Part shown: piece by piece, positions 9,429 through 19,100 of the stretch
How the letters are laid out: each line of letters opens with the position of its first letter
Numbering within the stretch: the stretch's first letter is position 1
Assembly (NCBI GenBank): GCA_964415885.1
Contig: CAYQCE010000001.1
Span: forward strand, 8,871 to 72,870
Origin: an uncultured Ignavibacteria bacterium
GTDB taxonomy: Bacteria > Zixibacteria > MSB-5A5 > JAABVY01 > JAHJOQ01
Direction of reading: 5' to 3'
Length of the DNA: 64,000 bases
The notes under the pieces: model-generated
Told to the model about the DNA's origin: nothing
Databases searched by the model: none
What the model saw: the letters and a program-made list of their open reading frames with translations, nothing else
Position numbers and translations under genes: made by a program

Positions 9429-12181
9429 TAGACAGCAAGACTGTACATACCATCCGTGACAAGCGAGCTCTTTCAGAGCTCGTCGACGCCGGTTACGACG
9501 GCGATTATCGTGCAATGATTTCCGATATCAGCCGTACGGTAAACAAGCATCTCATGGACGATCTGAAGGCTGCCGGAGAGTTGATCTCCGAAGTCGGACG
9601 AATCAGGAAGCATTTCCCGGAGCGTCTTCGCCCCAAGATTCAGGCGATCGAGGCAAGGTATCATCACTGGACAGGTGAGAGCAAGCGAGCACGGAGCGCA
9701 TATCTGAAGGCCGCACAGGATCTGCTTCGTTTTCGGGACTACGAGTCGGCCGCGCAGGCTCGTCTTGGACTGATGGATGTTCTCATGTATCTCGGGGAGC
9801 ATGACAGAGCTCTCGATACCGGAAGGAGTGTGCTAAGGTATTACAGGCGGAAAGGGGATTCTGTCACTGCGGCTCGCGTCATGACCAATATCGGCAATGT
9901 ATATCATCGGATGGACAGGAACAATTTAGCGCTGAGCTACTATGACAAGGCGCGGGCGATCTTTGAGGCAGATGGCGGCATTCCCGTGGCCATCGTGGAT
10001 TACAACCGCGCCAACATCTATGCCAATCTCAATCAGCTCGACAGGGCATCAGAGTTGTACGAAAGCGCCGCCGTTGTGTATTCCCAGCACGGCATGGACC
10101 TTGCTGCCGCGAAAGCTCGCTATTCGCTTGGCTATCTTCATTTTTTGTCGGATCGATACACGAAAGCGATTACTGAATTCGAGGACTTGATCGATGAGTT
10201 TGAGAGACTCGGCGACGACAAGGCGTGCACCGTGAGTCGACTCGATCTATCCGAGATCAATCTTCATTTGAATCAGTATGGTTCGGCTGTGATGCTTGCA
10301 GATCGGGTAATTGCCGAGTCCAGGTCTTCCGGCCTTGAGTACGAGTCTGCCAAGGCTGCATACTATGCGGCCGAGGCCTATCTGGAGCTTGACGAGCCGA
10401 CCGAGAGTCGGCGATATCTCCGACACGCGAGGAGTTTGTTCTCTCAGGAGCGAAACCCGCTCTGGATCGGGATGTGTGATCTTATGGAAGGCAGAATTGA
10501 GATTCGACGACGAAGATACTCGAGGGCTCTGGAGCTGCTGCTAGATGCTCGCAAGCATTTCCGCAGGAGTGGAGAGCGGCGCAGACAAGTTGACGCAGAA
10601 CTTACCGTGGCTGAAGCGGAACTGCGCTCGGGGAATGGGAAGACTGCCTCGAGGCGTCTGCGCAGGCTGCTTGATCAAAAGACGCCGGGATATCAGAAGC
10701 ACCGGTCGTATTACCTGCTCGGACTGTGTGACTTGCAGAACTTCGCTGTCAGCAAGGCACTTGCGCACTTCGAGAATGCCATGCGAACAGTTGAAGATAT
10801 TCTCGCGAATCTCTATCCCGACGAATTGCAGCACTTCTATCTTGCAGGTAACTACGATACATATCTGAAGGCTGCGGAGTGCTATCTTAAACTTGGAAAA
10901 CCGGTTGAGTCTTGTGATGTGCATTCGAGGGCGCTATCGCTTCTAAACGGCAAGCACATTCCCGCATTACATCTGCGTAGAGAGCTGTCCGAGAAACATA
11001 TCAGGGAGCGAGAGAAACTGAGGTCACAGTTGAAGAAGCTGAATCTGCTACCGCCCGGCGGTCAAAGATCTGCCGTAGCGATTGAGCCGGAAGATATTGA
11101 GCAAGATCTCTGGACGATCGAGCGCAAACTTCGTACAAGACGCTACAGATCAAAAGCCCCGGCGACTGTGGAAGTCGATTCAGAACTGATGAAGTCGTCT
11201 CTGCAGAACGGTGAGGCGATTCTGAGTTATGCGGAGATCGACGATGGCATCGTGGCATTTGTCGTGACCAAAGATTCTGTTTCGCATTACAGGTCGTGTC
11301 TCGATCCGGGAGAATTCCGCTCTCTCCTGTCTGAGTTATCGTTCATCTGCGAGAATTCAGTCTTTGAGAGGACAGCGCCAGCGTCAGATGGAGGCAGATC
11401 AAATGCCATAATAAGCCATCTCCGTGCAGGGCTTGTGGATTTTGCTCTCGATCATTCAGGCATCAAGAGGCTCATTTTGCTCGTGGATGGCGTCTTTGCG
11501 CAGGTGCCGTTCTGGGCAATGCGATTCACGGGCGGTGAGTATCTGCATGAGCGATTCAGCATCAATGTTATCTCCGACCCGGCAGATATTGTGCGAGACC
11601 GTTCTGTCAGCAGGTTCCAAAGCTCCGAGCGATCGTCTGTATTCGCGGTCGAATCAAATGAGCTGCCGATGATCAGTATTGAGACCGAGGAGATCGCGCA
11701 GAGGTTCCCGATGGCGAAAGTCCGATCAAACGGAGCGGCGACGGTCGATCTGCTTGCATCCGAGCTCAGAGAGTGCGACGGTTTCGTGCATATCGCTACT
11801 CATGCAGCACGATCGTCGGAGAACCCACTCTTTTCAAAACTTCTGATGTCGGATGGACCGTTCTACCCGTTTGATTTGTTCGAGGGAGGAGTTCGTGCAG
11901 AACTTGTTGTATTGTCGGGTTGCCAAACTGCGGCACCGGGGATATATTACGGTAACACTTTCAGTCTTGCAAAAGCATTTTACCAGGGCGGTGCTCGCTA
12001 TGTTCTGGCGTCGCTATGGCCCGTATCAGACAAGATAAGCATGTTCTTTATGAGGTCATTTTACGGATCGCTTGCGGACAATGTGAATGTACCATCAGCG
12101 TACTCCAGAGCGCTCTCGGAAGTCCGCGCCATCAATGACGATCCGGGATTTTGGGCACCCTTTGTTCTTTTGGGAATGTAA
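9425..12181 (+). CDS. TPR-repeat CHAT-domain (caspase-like) protease
   Basis: N-terminal TPR-like helical repeats include YLKAAQDLLRFRDYESAAQA, ALSYYDKARAIF and ASELYESAAVVY. The C-terminal CHAT domain has the catalytic-dyad context FVHIATHAARSS ... AELVVLSGCQTAAPG. No signal peptide is present. The start ATG at 9425 overlaps the upstream stop codon, indicating translational coupling. Confidence 0.8.
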   Translation: MIDSKTVHTIRDKRALSELVDAGYDGDYRAMISDISRTVNKHLMDDLKAAGELISEVGRIRKHFPERLRPKIQAIEARYHHWTGESKRARSAYLKAAQDLLRFRDYESAAQARLGLMDVLMYLGEHDRALDTGRSVLRYYRRKGDSVTAARVMTNIGNVYHRMDRNNLALSYYDKARAIFEADGGIPVAIVDYNRANIYANLNQLDRASELYESAAVVYSQHGMDLAAAKARYSLGYLHFLSDRYTKAITEFEDLIDEFERLGDDKACTVSRLDLSEINLHLNQYGSAVMLADRVIAESRSSGLEYESAKAAYYAAEAYLELDEPTESRRYLRHARSLFSQERNPLWIGMCDLMEGRIEIRRRRYSRALELLLDARKHFRRSGERRRQVDAELTVAEAELRSGNGKTASRRLRRLLDQKTPGYQKHRSYYLLGLCDLQNFAVSKALAHFENAMRTVEDILANLYPDELQHFYLAGNYDTYLKAAECYLKLGKPVESCDVHSRALSLLNGKHIPALHLRRELSEKHIREREKLRSQLKKLNLLPPGGQRSAVAIEPEDIEQDLWTIERKLRTRRYRSKAPATVEVDSELMKSSLQNGEAILSYAEIDDGIVAFVVTKDSVSHYRSCLDPGEFRSLLSELSFICENSVFERTAPASDGGRSNAIISHLRAGLVDFALDHSGIKRLILLVDGVFAQVPFWAMRFTGGEYLHERFSINVISDPADIVRDRSVSRFQSSERSSVFAVESNELPMISIETEEIAQRFPMAKVRSNGAATVDLLASELRECDGFVHIATHAARSSENPLFSKLLMSDGPFYPFDLFEGGVRAELVVLSGCQTAAPGIYYGNTFSLAKAFYQGGARYVLASLWPVSDKISMFFMRSFYGSLADNVNVPSAYSRALSEVRAINDDPGFWAPFVLLGM

Positions 12182-12198
12182 TCGATGAGGTGATAGTT

Positions 12199-14076
12199 AT
12201 GAGCAGGCGGATGCGAATAGTGATTACAGTGATATGTGCGATGCTACTGGCATCGAGCGTCTTGACACGCGCAGAGACATTCTCGGGCTGCGGAGTGCTC
12301 GCACAGGGACCCGGTTGTATTGTCTTTTTCCCGCAGGTTGGGGCACCCGGACCGGGCTTTCCGATGGAAGTCAGCTCTTCAGGCGAGTTTACTGCCGGCG
12401 ACTTTGTGTACGTTGAGGGCACGATTGACTTTGACTGCCCGAGTCCATGTGACAGCTCGTTTGCCTGTCTCGATGTGGCGACGATTGATTATTGTGAGTT
12501 ACCTCCGGAAGATCGGTACTTCGAGGCGCTTGGAGTTCTAATGAGTGCCGGCGGCTCAGTTCTGTTCGCCCCTGCTGGAGACTCCCAGGCGTTTTTTGAG
12601 CTTGAGAATCTCGGAGACTACGGCGCAGGTGACACGGTACGGGTTGCTGGTATACTCTCGCCCGGCTGTCAGCCGTCGTCGCCTCTGGCACTGGCCTGTA
12701 TCCTCAATAACACGATTACTCTTGCCTACTATCCCGGCTCACCGATCAGCGGAAATGCGGTGGTGCTCGTCTCTCCGGAAGCCGACATTGACTCCGTTCT
12801 GGCGGGATACGAGGCAAACGTGCTCGACAGTATTGAAGATCGGAGGACATACCTGATCGGCTTCAGCGACTCGATCCCGACATATCAGTTCATGCACCTG
12901 CTGGCTACGAATCCTGATATCCTCATGTCCGAGCCGAACTTCGAACTGGAAGTTCCGGAGAATCTCCAGATGAGCATTTCATTTCCGGATGAGCAGGCTC
13001 CAACGCATGTACCGGGTGCCTCCCCGGAGGCGTACTACGACCAGGGTGGCGGCGATGCAGTACATATCGATTCGGCTCATCAGATCTCAACCGGTACCGG
13101 TATTCGAGTTGCTGTCATCGATAACGGCTTTGATCTCGATCATCCGCTGCTCGCCGGTTCGTTCGAGTTCGGCGGTTATGACTATCTCGATGGCGATTCC
13201 GATTTGAGCCCGGACACGGGTAGCGTATTTGGGCACGGGACTTTCGTTTGCGGCTTGATCAAGCTCGTTGCGCCGGACTGCAGCATCGTGCCTTTTCGTG
13301 CGTTTGACGGTGAGGGGATTGGTAACAGCTTCGCTATCGCGCAAGCGATATATCACGCTATTGAGGTCGACGTAGACGTCATCAACATGAGCTTCGGGAT
13401 GTATGATCCGAGCATGCTCGTCGAGGATGCCTGCTATGCCGCTCGCGCTGCCGGGATAACGCTCGTCGCGGCGGCCGGGAACGACGGTACCGCCGTGCCG
13501 GTTTTCCCCGCAGCATTGCCGGATGTCATTGCGGCCGGCGCGCTTGATACCCTCGAATATGTCGCAGACTTCTCGAATTTCGGCGGGTTCATCGATGTCT
13601 GCGCGCCCGGTGTCAGTGTGTACAGCTCTTTGACCGGCGAGTGGGACTGGGGTCACTGGAGCGGCACATCATTTTCCACACCGTTCGTCAGCGCAACCTG
13701 CGCGCTCGTTCTTGCGCATGACAACGGCCTGAACGTCGGTGAGGTTAAGGCGCTCCTCAACTCTACAGCAAGGAACGAGCTGTCGTGGGGAACGGTCGAT
13801 GTTCCTGATGCTCATTACGGATATGGTTGCGTGGATGCAGCAGCGGCTGTCAGCAGCACCGATGATCCGATATGGGTCTGCGGCGATGCTGACGGGAGCT
13901 TTTCCGTTGATGTCGATGACGTCGTATTCCTCGTTGCATATGTTTTCGATGACGGCGCCGCTCCGAATCCGCTCTTCACCGGTGATCCGAATTGCTCGAC
14001 CGCGATTGATGTAGATGACATTGTATACCTCATATCCTATGTCTTTTCCGGTGGACCTGAACCTTGCTGTCTGTAG
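12199..14076 (+). CDS. Secreted subtilisin-like serine protease (S8) with an N-terminal Cys-rich repeat pair and a C-terminal dockerin-like domain
   Basis: The ATG at 12199 is preceded by GAGGTGATAG and followed by signal peptide MSRRMRIVITVICAMLLASSVLTRAET. Catalytic-triad contexts are VAVIDNGFDLDHP (Asp), HGTFVCG (His) and GTSFSTPFVSA (Ser). The C-terminus reads CGDADGSFSVDVDDVVFLVAYVF...GDPNCSTAIDVDDIVYLISYVF. Confidence 0.85.
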   Translation: MSRRMRIVITVICAMLLASSVLTRAETFSGCGVLAQGPGCIVFFPQVGAPGPGFPMEVSSSGEFTAGDFVYVEGTIDFDCPSPCDSSFACLDVATIDYCELPPEDRYFEALGVLMSAGGSVLFAPAGDSQAFFELENLGDYGAGDTVRVAGILSPGCQPSSPLALACILNNTITLAYYPGSPISGNAVVLVSPEADIDSVLAGYEANVLDSIEDRRTYLIGFSDSIPTYQFMHLLATNPDILMSEPNFELEVPENLQMSISFPDEQAPTHVPGASPEAYYDQGGGDAVHIDSAHQISTGTGIRVAVIDNGFDLDHPLLAGSFEFGGYDYLDGDSDLSPDTGSVFGHGTFVCGLIKLVAPDCSIVPFRAFDGEGIGNSFAIAQAIYHAIEVDVDVINMSFGMYDPSMLVEDACYAARAAGITLVAAAGNDGTAVPVFPAALPDVIAAGALDTLEYVADFSNFGGFIDVCAPGVSVYSSLTGEWDWGHWSGTSFSTPFVSATCALVLAHDNGLNVGEVKALLNSTARNELSWGTVDVPDAHYGYGCVDAAAAVSSTDDPIWVCGDADGSFSVDVDDVVFLVAYVFDDGAAPNPLFTGDPNCSTAIDVDDIVYLISYVFSGGPEPCCL

Positions 14077-14266
14077 GATTTGTGAATCGGGCATCGACTG
14101 CAGCTCTCAGGCATACCCGCCGAGTCCTGTCTCTGTGTGCTGACCAACTGTAAGCATTGCGAACTTAAACACGACAGGTTGATGTATCAATTGGCGGTCC
14201 GCAGTGCACTCAGATTATAGATAGCTGTAAAGATAGAATGAATTAATCCTGAACGCCACGGGAGGG

Positions 14267-15838
14267 ATGGGAATGAGAAAGTTTGCATTGCTGACTATCT
14301 GTTTCTGTCTCGTGTTATCGTCCATGCTCATTGGCGAAGATGGCAGCATCCTGCGTGACTCTAAAGAACCTCACTATGAGTGGGCACGTGATGGGTCCGA
14401 GATGGACGTTGACGTTTCGGGCTCTCTGGGTGGATATGCTATAGAGTTCTCGACCGCGCTTTTCGGATTTAGCGGCAGCGAGCCGTCGGGTAATCCGAGG
14501 AGCACTGATTGTGTTGAGGTAGACATCGAGCTTCCCGATACGGTGGGGCCGGGTCCAGGTGCAGGATGGGGGCCGCCATTGGCGGAAGGTCATTTCGAGC
14601 TTCTGAATTGCGGGGATGCACCAGCAGAGATACACCTCACACTGGCGCTGACCATCATTGTTGACCATGTCGCCGATACGACTGTCATCTCACCCGATTT
14701 CACGGTGTATCTCGGGGCGGGAGAATCGATCAGTCATGACTTCCTGATCCCGGTGCCGCCATTTGACGGCGTTTATACCGCGTGCGTTTCGGCGGTCGCC
14801 GGTGAAGCGGAGATGACCGACTGTGCTACCATGGTTGTAAATGGAATCGAGTTCCCCGGAGTGCCGTTCAGCGCTCCGGGTATTCTCGTTCAGGGCACGA
14901 ACTGTGTGCTGTTCGCTCCGCACGGCAACCCGGAGATCACCTTTGAACTCGAGCATTATGGGAGTTTTCAGGTCGGCGACGAGGTCTTCGTCTCCGGTAT
15001 GCTCTTCTGGGATTGTGATACTGACTGTGTGGATGCAGATGGTTGCGTGTTAGACAACACGATTGGTGATTTCGAAGTGCCGGACATCCCGTTCGAGGCG
15101 TGCGGTGTCCTGATTCAGGGAGTCGAATGCATCCTGCTCGAAACTCTGGAGCCGTATCCGTACGGTATGTTTGTGGTGGAGAATCTCGGGCAGTACTCCG
15201 TAAGTGATACTGTATTCGTTGCGGGCACTCTACTGCAGGATTGTCCGTCTATTTGTATGGAAGGGACCGGTTGCATTGTAGAGAACGTAATCGAACCGTG
15301 CCCGGGCGATCCCGGCGATGGCATCCCCGTTCAGGGATGCGGTGTACTGGTCGCTGATTCAGGTTGTGTGCTGTTCGCACCGACCGTTGGTATTCTTGGC
15401 ATGCCGGATGGCGGGGTGCTCCTCGAAAACTACGGTGGTTTTGGAGTTTGGGATACCGTATTTGTCGACGGCGTTTTCCAGCCCGGTTTCCAGCCGGGTT
15501 GCCCGTCCGCGCCTGGTATCATCGAAGAGAACACGATCGGAGTCTGCGATGGTGCTTTCTCGGGACATCCGAACAGACTCGAGATTCAGAACTACCCGAA
15601 CCCGTTCAATCCGTCCACAACTATAGCGCTTACGCTTCCGTATGAGACAGTAGTCAAGGTCACGATTTACAACATCGTGGGCCAGGTTGTTACAACTCTG
15701 GTTGACGATGTGTTAAGTGTCGGGACACATGAGTTTGTCTGGAACAGCTCCAACGCTGGCGTGGCGAGTGGAATGTACTTCTACAGAGCACAGGCCGGCG
15801 ATATCGATGTGACCAGGAAGATGCTGCTTGTGAAATAG
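14267..15838 (+). CDS. Secreted protein with three ~65-aa Cys-rich repeats and a T9SS (Por) C-terminal sorting domain
   Basis: Signal peptide present. An alternative ATG at 14273 follows GGGAGGG. The C-terminal ~85 aa (LEIQNYPNPFNPSTTIALTLPYETVVKVTIYNIVGQVVTTLVDD...GTHEFVWNSSNAGVASGMYFYRAQAGD) matches the T9SS type-A CTD pattern. Confidence 0.75.
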   Translation: MGMRKFALLTICFCLVLSSMLIGEDGSILRDSKEPHYEWARDGSEMDVDVSGSLGGYAIEFSTALFGFSGSEPSGNPRSTDCVEVDIELPDTVGPGPGAGWGPPLAEGHFELLNCGDAPAEIHLTLALTIIVDHVADTTVISPDFTVYLGAGESISHDFLIPVPPFDGVYTACVSAVAGEAEMTDCATMVVNGIEFPGVPFSAPGILVQGTNCVLFAPHGNPEITFELEHYGSFQVGDEVFVSGMLFWDCDTDCVDADGCVLDNTIGDFEVPDIPFEACGVLIQGVECILLETLEPYPYGMFVVENLGQYSVSDTVFVAGTLLQDCPSICMEGTGCIVENVIEPCPGDPGDGIPVQGCGVLVADSGCVLFAPTVGILGMPDGGVLLENYGGFGVWDTVFVDGVFQPGFQPGCPSAPGIIEENTIGVCDGAFSGHPNRLEIQNYPNPFNPSTTIALTLPYETVVKVTIYNIVGQVVTTLVDDVLSVGTHEFVWNSSNAGVASGMYFYRAQAGDIDVTRKMLLVK

Positions 15839-15883
15839 CCTGTTCGCAAGAACAGATGGGTGTTAGCTTCCGCACAACGCGAG

Positions 15884-15920
15884 GACGGGAAGCACGTTCG
15901 GTGCCTCCCGTCTTGCTTTG
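15884..15920 (+). terminator. Rho-independent terminator-like hairpin after the T9SS-CTD gene
   Basis: gacgggaagcac-gttcg-gtgcctcccgtc pairs at 11 of 12 positions and is followed by TTGCTTT. Confidence 0.5.
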
Positions 15921-16168
15921 AGCGGGGGGAACGTCGATCACATCCCGAAACATGCGATTACTGAGCCCATCTTAACTCTGAACGTGAATCACGGGTTTTT
16001 CCACGTTGTTCCAGTCTGGAACCCGCCTCTATCAATCTGAAAACAACTCAGGAATTCGGCTGCCCGAACCGATATTTCAACTATGACTTTCGCAAATACG
16101 GTTGTAACGCTGAGACGGTTCGGGCGGCGCTCGACCGTGCTATTACGAATCGGGCAGGGGGTCAGTGC

Positions 16169-19100
16169 ATGGCTACCAGATCGAGGACGATACATCAGAT
16201 CGAGGAGGATCTTCTCAAGTTGACAGGGAAGATCAACCAGTTTGTTTCAAGAGTGGATACTCCCGGCAGTGCCAACGAGCAGCTTTCATTTGCAAAACTG
16301 TCTCTCGACAGTTCCTGCCATCCCGCGGTCCTTGTGGACTCAAATGCCAATCTCATCTACTTCAATGACGCCGCTCTCAACAAATTCGGCTATACAGAAG
16401 AGGAATTCGGTCAGCTAAGCCTGCTCGATCTGCTTCCGAATCGCGATCCGAGTGCGTGGAGCGACCTGTGGGCTGAGATCCGGAAGCGGATGACCTACAT
16501 CGAGGATACGATCTTGAAACTCGCAAACGGCGACCGGCAGGGGGCGGAACTCACGATCAATTACCTTCGATTCGATGAAAGTGAATACGCCGCCGTGATT
16601 GTGAGAGACACCCTCGTTCACGACTCGCAGGATAACGATCTGTGGCTGAATGAGTACCAATATCGCAACTTTGTACAGAAGCATGAGGGTATAGCTTTCC
16701 GTACCACGCTCGATTTTCGTCCTGTGCTCTTTCATGGCGCACTTGAGGAAATCACAGGCTTCTCGGAAGAGGAATTCATCGAGGGTGGTATCAGGTGGGA
16801 TCAGATAATTCATCCGGATGATATTGAGCTGTTTCTCGAGCGCACGGACTATTTGCTGCGGGTTCCGAGCAGTTCGGCGGAGATCGAGTATCGTATAATC
16901 CGCAAGGATGGTGTGGTGCGCTGGCTCAGCGAGCATATTCAGAGTGTCTGCAACGTCAGGGGCGAGCCAGCTTATATCCAGGGGTTTGTCTACGATATCA
17001 CTCGTCATAAGGAGCCCGAAGAGGATCACAGAGACTCCGAGACAAAATACCGCACGATGATGGAGGCAATGCGAGATCCGGTTCATATCTGCAATCAGGA
17101 TCATCAAATCGAGTACATGAACTCGGCAATGATTGAACGCGTCGGAAGGGATGCCACCGGCGATCTCTGTTATGCGGCCCTCCATGACAGACCAGACATT
17201 TGCCCCTGGTGTCCATGGGATGAGACCAGGCTGGGCAAGACACAGACTCGCGAGATTGTCAGTCCGAAAGATGAGAAGTCTTACCAGATTACAAGTTCGC
17301 CCGTTTTTCACTCCGACGGTTCGATGGTTATGCTGACAATTTATCGGGACGTCACGGATCAGAAGAATGCTGACAAGGAGCTGTCGTTCTTGTCATCCGT
17401 AGTGCAGCAGTCAACGGAGGGCGTTGCTGTAACAGACTTGAACGGACGGATAATGTTCATCAATAGAGCCTGGGCCGAAATGCACGGATACAATCCAGAT
17501 GCCAGCTTTGAGGGGCGCCATATCAGCCTCTTTCACTCTGAAGAGTCGTACTCGATCGAAATCGCGCAACTCAGTCACGATGCCATAGAGATCGGCTCCA
17601 GGTCTGAAGAGGTGGAGCACAAGCGGAATGACGACACGTTCTTCACTGCGCTTACTACAACAACTGTACTAACGGATAATCGTGGTAGGAAATTCGCTCT
17701 CGCCATGCTCGCCAAGGATATATCGGACCGTAAGAGAGTAGAGCGTGAACTCCGCAAGCTGAACGAGGAACTCGAAGAGCGAGTTGAAGAGCGTACGGCG
17801 CATCTTCAGGAGGAACTCGAAGGACGTGAGCGTATCGAAACCGCGCTTCTGGATGAAACGGAGAAAATACAGTCACTTCTCGACAATGCGGGGCAGGGTT
17901 TCCTTACTTTCGGTTTCGATATGAAGGTGGATGTGGAGTATTCAGAGGAGTGCAGGAAGCTCTTCAACGGTGAGATTTGGGGCAGCCTCTTTCCCGATCT
18001 CGTCTATCCGGATAGCGAGGAGAAGCGGGACTTTCTGACGTCGCTGCTGACTGACTATTTTGCTGAGACAGAACCTGAACGCGTTAATCTGTTCATGAGC
18101 CTGCTCCCGTCCGAGGTTTTCCTCAACGGCAGGTACATTCAGGTCGAGTACAAGCCTATCGTTACGCCCGACAACGAGCGCGAAAAGCGTCTGCTGATCG
18201 TATTGACTGATGTGACGGAGAAGCATGAGCTGCTCGACCAGGTCGAGGAAGAGAAGAACCGTCTGAAAATGCTGGTACGAGCCGTCACGCACTACGACGA
18301 GCTCATTGATGCAGTTCGCGGTTACGAGTGCTTCTGCAAGAGCCGAGTACACAGGATTCTCGAGAGCGAAGAATCATCGGATGCTCGCATCGGCGAGTTG
18401 TTTCGAGAAATCCATACATTCAAGGGCACCTTCAGTCAACTCGAAATGAAAGGTGCGGTGGACAAGCTTCACGGCCTCGAAAGTCGGATATCGGAAATTC
18501 GCTCGAAAAGCACGAACGCTATTGACGAATTGAAAACGGTGATCGCCGATTCGGGAATCGAGAACTGGCTCGACGATGATCTCAGGATTGTCACCGGCAC
18601 ATTGGGCCACGAGTTCCTGAGTCGAAAAGAGACACTTCGAGTTGAGCCATCACATGTTGTCGAACTCGAGAAACAGATGATCTCAATTTTGTCTCCGGCA
18701 GAAATGAAGCTACTGTTGCCCAAGCTGAGACGGATGCGCTGCAAATCGTTGAAGCGCATGCTGTCGCCGTTTCCGGAATACCTTGATCGACTGGCGTCCG
18801 CATTTGGCAAAGCGATCTATCCACTCGAGATCGAAGGCGACGACATTACGGTCGACCCGGAGCGCTATCAGCAGTTCGTGAAGACTCTCGTTCATGTCTT
18901 TCGGAATATTATGGACCACGGGCTCGAGAATGTCGATGACAGAATTGAGTCCGGTAAGGATGAACAGGCTAAGGTCAGATGTTGCATCGGCAACGATGAT
19001 GAACATCTGGTAATCGAAATCTCGGATGACGGCAGGGGAATTGACGCTCAGAAGCTGCGAGAACACGCTGTCAAACTCGGCATATGCGATCAGGCCACCG

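Noticed and set aside
16415-17311. 298-aa minus-strand ORF inside the CheA-like gene, and similar long antisense ORFs (30810-31994 within E2, 49187-50017 within the TSP3 protease, 53865-54602 opposite the methyltransferase, 23627-24301 within the hybrid kinase)
   Set aside because: All overlap sense-strand CDS with strong domain evidence. Their own translations are low-complexity Arg/Ser/Pro-rich without motifs, which is typical GC-driven spurious ORF behaviour.
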